A DNA stretch of 53,640 bases, from the NCBI RefSeq assembly GCF_049969415.1, contig NZ_JBMFOX010000005.1:1-53640 (forward strand). The letters run 5' to 3'. Position numbers and translations under genes: made by a program. The notes beneath the pieces were generated by a model that made no database searches, was not told the origin of the DNA, and worked only from the letters and a program-made list of their open reading frames with translations. Of the stretch, positions 39,307 to 46,100 are shown in pieces. The DNA comes from Candidatus Hadarchaeum sp. GTDB taxonomy: Archaea; Hadarchaeota; Hadarchaeia; Hadarchaeales; Hadarchaeaceae. Positions within the stretch are counted from its first letter, which is position 1. Each line of letters begins with the position of its first letter.

Positions 39307-40459
39307 TTATTTTCAGTATCTCTGTTATCGGTGCATCTGTTCTGAAACCGGTGGGGGAAAAGTGGGTGCGGGAGGCGAAGTAGCCGCATTCCCGCAGGGC
39401 TGAGATCACTCGGTCCATCTTAGGTGGAGATTTCTTAACCAGCCCGGCAACTTCATTGAGGTCATAGAATGTGGGCGGTCCATCGGCTTCCTCGGCGCAC
39501 CTCAGCAGCAGCGAAATTTCATGATGTTTTAACCTGAAGTCCCTCGCCGTCAGGTCTTGAATGACTTGTTGAGTAAATGCCTTGTTGGTCAATTTTCCGA
39601 GCCAGAGGGGGCCGGCGTGGGAGAATTTTCCACCGCACTCGCATTCCCTTGGCAGCTCCGGGATCAGGCCCGGGCTGGTGGTCCTGCGCAGACACTCGTT
39701 GCAGTAGGAGATGTATCCCGTTTCCTTGAGCAACTCATCAGCACGCTGGGCGCTCCGCTGTCCCAGAAGATAAACCCGGAAGTAGTGCTGCGTGGCGTGG
39801 GCCAGAACCGGGCTCAGTGCGATCTCGTGTATCCCCCCGATTCTCTGGGCGAAACCGATCAGTATTCTGATGCCGATTTCGTGGCAGGATTCAGTCTTCA
39901 GCGGCTTGGTCCCGTAGCGGCGCAGGCAGGTTTTGGGGTAGGTCCCTGAGAGCGGGGCGGTGTCGGTGGCCGTCAGCGCCAGCATCCCTCTCCGCGACAG
40001 CGAGCTGCAGGCGGCGTCCAGAAATGGCGCCGGCGAGCCGAATGGATCCAGATCAACAAAATTGAACTTCCCCCGGTTTTCCCGGAGGATGACGTTGGCA
40101 TCGACCGAGCTGGCCTCAACCGAGTTGTCCAGCCCGTTCAGCGCGATGTTCCGCTTGATCAGCTCGAAGGCCTCTGTTGATCGGTCGTTGATGAGGCACC
40201 GGGCGACACCGGTTACCTCGTTGGCGTATCGGAGGCCCCTGATGCCGATGCCGGCGAGAGGGTCGCAGAGGTATAGGCCGTTGAAAGTATCGGAGGCCAC
40301 CTGAGCCACTGAAATCGAGATGTCGCGGCAGAGCTCCATGTGCGGGTTGTAGAAGACTTTGGTGAGTGAGGGGGCGTAGTCACCTGCGCTTGTCCTGAAT
40401 TTCGCTGGGTCCGGTGTTTCGAACCTGGTTTTTCCTTCGGTCAACAAAATCGTCTTCAC
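39293..40459 (-). CDS. trm1: tRNA (guanine-26-N2)-dimethyltransferase
   Basis: VFYNPHMELCRD, GIRGLRY, DLDPFGSP, TATD, GPLW, RTHF...RTDA. Confidence 0.96.
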   Translation of the reverse strand: MKTILLTEGKTRFETPDPAKFRTSAGDYAPSLTKVFYNPHMELCRDISISVAQVASDTFNGLYLCDPLAGIGIRGLRYANEVTGVARCLINDRSTEAFELIKRNIALNGLDNSVEASSVDANVILRENRGKFNFVDLDPFGSPAPFLDAACSSLSRRGMLALTATDTAPLSGTYPKTCLRRYGTKPLKTESCHEIGIRILIGFAQRIGGIHEIALSPVLAHATQHYFRVYLLGQRSAQRADELLKETGYISYCNECLRRTTSPGLIPELPRECECGGKFSHAGPLWLGKLTNKAFTQQVIQDLTARDFRLKHHEISLLLRCAEEADGPPTFYDLNEVAGLVKKSPPKMDRVISALRECGYFASRTHFSPTGFRTDAPITEILKIIKGA

Positions 40460-40523
40460 GGGATCACAATGACTTCTGGGGGATTCAACTATAATAATCC
40501 CAAGCGATCTTGGTTTTCGAATT

Positions 40524-40597
40524 CATAATCATAGTAGTAGTTATCAGGGTTTCGATTGTGGTAGTAACTTATTAAAAAGGCATCATCATAGTAGTAG
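40524..40597. repeat. 17-bp direct repeat CAT(A/C)ATCATAGTAGTAG, two copies 57 bp apart
   Basis: Copies at 40524-40540 and 40581-40597 (16/17 identical); a partial GTGGTAGTAAC lies between them. Confidence 0.8.
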
Positions 40598-40600
40598 AAA

Positions 40601-40616
40601 TTACACAGGTTTATAT
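40601..40616 (+). promoter_or_regulatory. TATA box (TTTATAT, 40610-40616) of the Zn-ribbon/secreted protein gene
   Basis: Ends about 25 nt before ATG 40641, the spacing expected for a leaderless or near-leaderless transcript. Confidence 0.6.
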
Positions 40617-40640
40617 CGGCTCTTTTCCATAGTTTTAACC

Positions 40641-41357
40641 ATGAAGTGCTCTCGATGTGGGTATCAGTGGGAACCGAAGGTCCCGAATCCAAAGGAATGC
40701 CCGCGATGCAAGACTAGGCTGGATTACGTTTCTATGCCTGTGGGGGCACCAAAAAGGTTTGAAAAAAGGGAGGTGAGCAAAGCGATGTCTAGCAAACTTC
40801 CCTGGATTGCGGCGATCATCGTCTTAGCAGCAGCGGCTGCAGCTTGGGCGCTTTGGCCAACTGCCGAGGTGCCGGCTACCGTGCCCTCTGCTGGAGCCAG
40901 GATAACTTTGGCTGCAGGATCCGGTACTGTCTTCGCAGCGCCTCCGGAAAACTCGGGAATTGAAAACATATACATCGTTAAAGCAGGTCAGAACTACAAC
41001 GAAAACTTTAGTGGACTAACGGACAACTATCTGGCAGTCATCTCGTCAAATGGATCCTACGTAACGATTCCCTACGACACACCCTTTGCCATAGTCGTTG
41101 CTGTCACCGGCCACAAAGACAACATGGGCAAGCTCGATAAAGCATATCTGAAAGTAGCGCTGGGTGCGACTACGGATTCTAATTCTTGGAGCATTACGTG
41201 GGATAACTCTAACGACACCAATGAGTACATATTCTACTCGGACGCAACCAAGATTCGAGTAAACGTGGTTTGGGACAACAGTGGCAGTTACTACCAGCTC
41301 CAGGCAGACGACAACCTCAACATCCAACACGTGGATCTCTGGATACGCGGTAAATAG
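40641..41357 (+). CDS. Zn-ribbon-leader plus signal-peptide-bearing beta-rich secreted protein; second in-frame start at 40785
   Basis: CSRCGYQW..PKECPRC N-terminus, GGAGGTGA RBS (40769-40776) 8 nt before ATG 40785, hydrophobic LPWIAAIIVLAAAAAAWALW, then an N/D/S/T/Y-rich domain. Confidence 0.8.
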   Translation: MKCSRCGYQWEPKVPNPKECPRCKTRLDYVSMPVGAPKRFEKREVSKAMSSKLPWIAAIIVLAAAAAAWALWPTAEVPATVPSAGARITLAAGSGTVFAAPPENSGIENIYIVKAGQNYNENFSGLTDNYLAVISSNGSYVTIPYDTPFAIVVAVTGHKDNMGKLDKAYLKVALGATTDSNSWSITWDNSNDTNEYIFYSDATKIRVNVVWDNSGSYYQLQADDNLNIQHVDLWIRGK

Positions 41358-41391
41358 ACGGACCGCTTCAAGCGGGCATAAATATGATTTG

Positions 41392-41420
41392 GGGCACGTA
41401 AATGGCACGTGCCCTTTTTT
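41392..41420 (+). terminator. Hairpin plus U-tract terminator
   Basis: GGGCACGT-AAATGGC-ACGTGCCC followed by TTTTTT. Confidence 0.8.
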
Positions 41421-41496
41421 ATCTTTTAACCAATTTAGTTTGGTGCAAACGGCTTATATTTTCCGAGTAACGACAACTTATCCGAAGGGTGTTAGG

Positions 41497-41967
41497 TTGT
41501 TCGACAAAAAAACAGCCGCGATTTTTGTTTTGGTTCTCCTGGTGGCTGTTGTGGGAGTCGGTTGGCGTCTGGCCGAGTCAAGGTACTCAGTGGTCCAGAC
41601 CCTCCCCGAGGATGTGGAGAACTGGACGCATATCTTCCGCGGATACGAGGCCTATCTCGACAAGAAGATTCACTACTCGGTTGTCTCCGGGTCCAGTATG
41701 GAGCCCACCCTTAAAGATGGCGATCTGGTGCTTTGGGTTGAGGTCGATAACACGTTCCAGTTCCGGGTGGGCGATATCATCATTTACCAGCACCCAACTC
41801 GGCCTTATCTTGACAACATTGTCCACAGGATAATCGAGGTGGGGAGCGATTACCGGGAGAACCAGTTCAAGACCAAAGGGGACAATTCACCCGAGGAATA
41901 CTGGGTTCCCCGCGCCAACATCCATGGGCTGGTGATCGGGGTAATTTACCGGAACGGTTCGAGATAG
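41497..41967 (+). CDS. Second signal peptidase I (S26, Ser-His ER/SipW-type)
   Basis: N-terminal TM, VVSGSSMEPTLKDGD, GDIIIY, IVHRI, TKGDN; TTG start at 41497. Confidence 0.9.
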   Translation: MFDKKTAAIFVLVLLVAVVGVGWRLAESRYSVVQTLPEDVENWTHIFRGYEAYLDKKIHYSVVSGSSMEPTLKDGDLVLWVEVDNTFQFRVGDIIIYQHPTRPYLDNIVHRIIEVGSDYRENQFKTKGDNSPEEYWVPRANIHGLVIGVIYRNGSR

Positions 41968-42285
41968 GTCCATTAAAAGCGGGCTCTGACTGGCTAGGTG
42001 ATCTTGGTTCATTTTTGCAGTGACTAGCGTTGAAAAGGAGCCTGGTTGAATTTTAAGCTCAGAAGTGGGGGCGATTGCGGGCAGACAGGGTAATGCGGGT
42101 CTTCATCTTCTTGAACCCTGCTTGGTTTCAGCACCAATGGGCAATTTTGTCGCCCCTATTCGATGGTTTTGATTCCCATTTTTCCGAAAAACTCCCCTTT
42201 TCCTTCATCCCGTCGCAAGTTTCCGGTGAACAAAAAAATGGTCTGGATAAGCGTTTATAATGAATAAGAGTTATTTTTTAAAGGG

Positions 42286-43095
42286 GTGGCGTTGGACCCA
42301 AAGGCTGAGAAAGATAAGAGTAAAAAGTTGCTTTCCTTGCTGAAGCCGGCCAAGGAGCGAGGTATTGAAATCAAGGAAAGGCGGGCGATCATCACCGGTG
42401 TTTTCTCCTGCAAGGGTGGCGTCGGGAAGACGACCACAGTGGCAAACTTGGCCCTGTGTGCCGCGGAGAACTTCAAGGGCAACGTTCTGGCCGTTGACGC
42501 CAACCTCTCCGCCCCTAACTTGGGTCTGCACTTCGGGGAGCTTGACCCCAAGGTCACGATTCACGATGCCCTCGCTGGCGAGATGCCGATCGAGAAGACC
42601 ATCATGGATTATCACGGCCTCGACCTCATCCTGGGTTCGATAGCCTTCGGCGAGGAGGTTCACCTGGTTGACCTCAAGGGACTTTTGGAGCCGCTCAGGT
42701 CGAGATACCGGCTGATACTCATTGACTCCGCCCCGGGCATTGGCGCCGAGGTGATCGCGGCGATGAAGATCTGCGACGAGATAATCATCGTCACCAACCC
42801 CGAGATCCCGACGGTGGCCAGCACCCTCAAGACGTTCCGCGCCGCCGAGAGGCTCAAGATCCCGATTTTGGGGGTGGTGGTGAACAAGGTCAGGAACGAG
42901 CCGTTCGAGCTCACGATCAAGGACGTGAAAAAGGCGTTGGGGTGGCCCATTGTGGCGGTTATTCCTGAGGACGTAAAGGTCAGGGAGGCCACCGCGGCCG
43001 GGATCCCGGTGGTTTCGTATTATCCCAAGTCTCCGGCAGCAGCGGAGTTCCGGAGGCTGGGCGAGTTTATGATCAAGCACGTTGCCAAGAGCTAG
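42286..43095 (+). CDS. minD: MinD/ParA-family ATPase
   Basis: Deviant Walker A KGGVGKTT, VDAN, IDSAPG, GVVVNK, IPED..V. Confidence 0.9.
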   Translation: MALDPKAEKDKSKKLLSLLKPAKERGIEIKERRAIITGVFSCKGGVGKTTTVANLALCAAENFKGNVLAVDANLSAPNLGLHFGELDPKVTIHDALAGEMPIEKTIMDYHGLDLILGSIAFGEEVHLVDLKGLLEPLRSRYRLILIDSAPGIGAEVIAAMKICDEIIIVTNPEIPTVASTLKTFRAAERLKIPILGVVVNKVRNEPFELTIKDVKKALGWPIVAVIPEDVKVREATAAGIPVVSYYPKSPAAAEFRRLGEFMIKHVAKS

Positions 43096-43107
43096 GCAAC
43101 TTTCAGC

Positions 43108-46100
43108 CTAATCTTCTTTCTTTTCTTGCAGTTTTCTCTTTTTCTCGGAGATCTCTTTCAGCCTCTCCAGACCAGCCAGCTCTTTCGGACCTAACTTTTC
43201 CTGCACCGGTGCCTCCTCCGGTTTTCCGATGACGCGGTGCCTCGGAGCGAGAACCGCCCGCCTGATCCTTTTCAGGAGCAAGTAGTACCGCGAGGGCGTG
43301 AGGAGGCTGTAGATGATGGAGAAGGCCGCCAGCCCTCCCGCCATCGCCAGCATGGTGAAGAACTCGTAGGGCACCGAAGGCAGGGTTGGCGTGATTCCCC
43401 CGACCGGCGTGACCGGTTTGATCGGCATTACCGGTTTTCGTTCACCGGCAGCAGCGAACACCGATAGGCCGGGTGAAATCGCTTCGTAGTAGACGCAGGT
43501 GCTGTCCTCGTAGAGGTATTCGGTGGGGAGCCGTTGCCAGCCTCCGGAGAATCTGTAGAGGTAGATGGTTTTCTCATCAACCCCGTTTATTTCCAACCAC
43601 GCTTTTTCCAACCTGAAGCGGATGATCACCGAGGCCAGGAAAAGGTCCGGCGCGTTGGTCTTTATTTCCATAAAGACTGGGTAGACTATTCCAGATGGCG
43701 GTTGGGATGGAACTTTGCCTTCCTTTTGAAGTTCTTGGTACGAAGCTTGTTCCACCGTAACTATCACGTTTTCCAAGTTGGTCGTGAAGATTATCTTCAC
43801 GTCGGTCACGCATATCTTGAACTCGGTGAAGTCGAATTTGGCGAACATGCCGCCGGGTATCGAGGCGATTTTTGCTGTGGCGCCTTTAATTTCCACGGAG
43901 ACGAGCTCTATCGAGTCGCTGGCGGCCGCGGAAATCAGTCCGGCGTTGTCCCTAACTCTGACGTACACCGTCCTCGTGCCGCTTCCCGTTGGCAGTAGGT
44001 ATTGTTTGGCCGGTGAGAAGGGCTCCCACGCCGTCCAGATCACGCCGTCGTTGCTGAACTGCATCTGCGCCACTCCTGAGGCCTGGTCAACCGCGAGGAT
44101 GGTAATCAGCACCGATGTTGAGTTGGTGGTTGTGGCGTTGTTGTTGATGACCACCGCGACTATCGACGGTGGAACGGTGTCGACTCCGCAGGAGGCATCG
44201 GCAGTGGCGGGGGCGAGTTCCACGTTGCCTTTCTCGTCCACCGCTATCGAGTAGAACTGGTAGTAACCGTCGCCGGAGGGTGCCGTGAAGGACCATGAGT
44301 TCGGCCCCGTGTTGTCGCCAAAGTTCTCCCAGGAACCCCAGCTCAGCTTGTCCTTGGAATATCGGTACCACAGTTGAACGGTGGCCACGTAACCACTTGG
44401 GCTTGGATCCGAGGCCGTTGCTGTGATGGTAAATGGTTTTGTGGTTATCCAGAATGGTGTGAGGGCATCGACTTTGGAACTTGGCACTCCCGGAGCCCTG
44501 ACGCTGATATTCCAAGCCTCGACTAGTTTCCAGGCAACAGGCGCCCTGACCACTCCGGTCCAGGTTTCTAGAAGTTTCCAGCTAGATGTGGCCCTGACGG
44601 TAGCAGTCCAGGCGTCGACGAGGTTCCATACCATCGTAGCTCTGACGGTAGCGGTCCAAGATTGGATCAGGCGCCATTCGGCTGTAGTCCTAATCGCTGC
44701 CGTCCAGCTCTCGATCAGCTTCCACTGGGCGGTTGCCTGAACCGTTGCCGTCCAAGACTCAATGAGGTACCACTGGGTTGGGGCCCGAACCGTCGCCGTC
44801 CAGCTCTCGATCAGGTTCCATTTGTATGCTTTTGCAATGACACCTGCGTAATCGATCATGAGGCTCGTCCTGAGATTATCATTGTCGGGCTGCACGTAAC
44901 GTACTCTCACTTCTCCATTTACGTTGTCGATCAGGTTTGTCCCCTCGACGTTGTAGGTGAACACAGTATAGGTGGCCGAGGTCAGATTGCCGATGTTTTC
45001 CCATTGTCCGGTCGAAAAGTTGTAGAGGTAGACGCTCACGGGTTCGGTGTCGCCCGCTAGGTAGTATCCGATTTCCAGACGGTAGCCGTAGTAGTTGTCG
45101 AGCGGTATGCCGGTGATATTGTGCTGGACGTTCTCGCGGTAAGCGGGGGACCGAGGCTTGAATTCGATCCAATCCAACTTCAGGTCAAATCGGGTGCTGG
45201 TCACCTTAACACCAGACACCCTGATCTTCCAGTTTCCCGAGGCGTCCCTGAATTGGGTCGGGTTTGTTGTGATGGTTTGAGTCTGGGTCTGGTCTGTGTT
45301 TGCCGCGCCTGAGGTGTAGCTCAGGTACCCGTCCTCTCCGCTCTCCGCGTATCGCCCAAGGCCATAGTTGTAGAGCTGGAGGACCACGTTCACGCTGTCC
45401 GCCGTCCACTGGCTGTCCACCGTCCAAGTCAAGCTGTCCCACTGTTCCGTGTTCGAGGTGCCGGTGAACTCGACGTTCTCAGTAAAGGCACTGGCCGACG
45501 GCAGGCGCAGTGCAATTAACCTTGCGTTCCTAATGTACACAGCGGTCCCTGCGGTCTGGGTGTAAAAGGAGATGGTGGCCGTCTGACCGCCGGAGAGGTT
45601 GGTGAGTCTTTTGGATATCGTGAAGGTGGGCCACTGGGCGGTTGCGGCGACGTCCACAATCGAGTTTCCGTAGTCCGTGCCATTTATGGTCAGTCTGGCT
45701 CCGACGTAAACGGTGGTGCTTGAGGTGTTGATCTGGCCGGTGGCGAGGAACAGGTAGTCACCGGTCGAGCTCGGCGTGAAACTCAGCGTCGTCTTGGTCG
45801 TGCCCGGGGCGGTCGTTGTCGTGCTGCTCAGGCTGTCGGAATTCTCGGCAAAGACCTCCTGAAAGACGGCGGCGGTCGGTATGGCGTAAAGGTGAACGTT
45901 CTTGTAGGTTAAGGTGCCGGCGCTGGTTTTCATCTGGATTTTTATCGTGTGGCTGGATCCACCGCTGAGGGAGACCACATCGTGAAACCCGGCGCTGAGA
46001 TAGTGGCCTGCGTTTGCTTGCCGGCTCCAGAACTCTCCACGGTTTTCGCCGTCCACGAGGAACAGTACTCCGTTGTAGTTCGCAGCGGCGGAGTTCGTCA

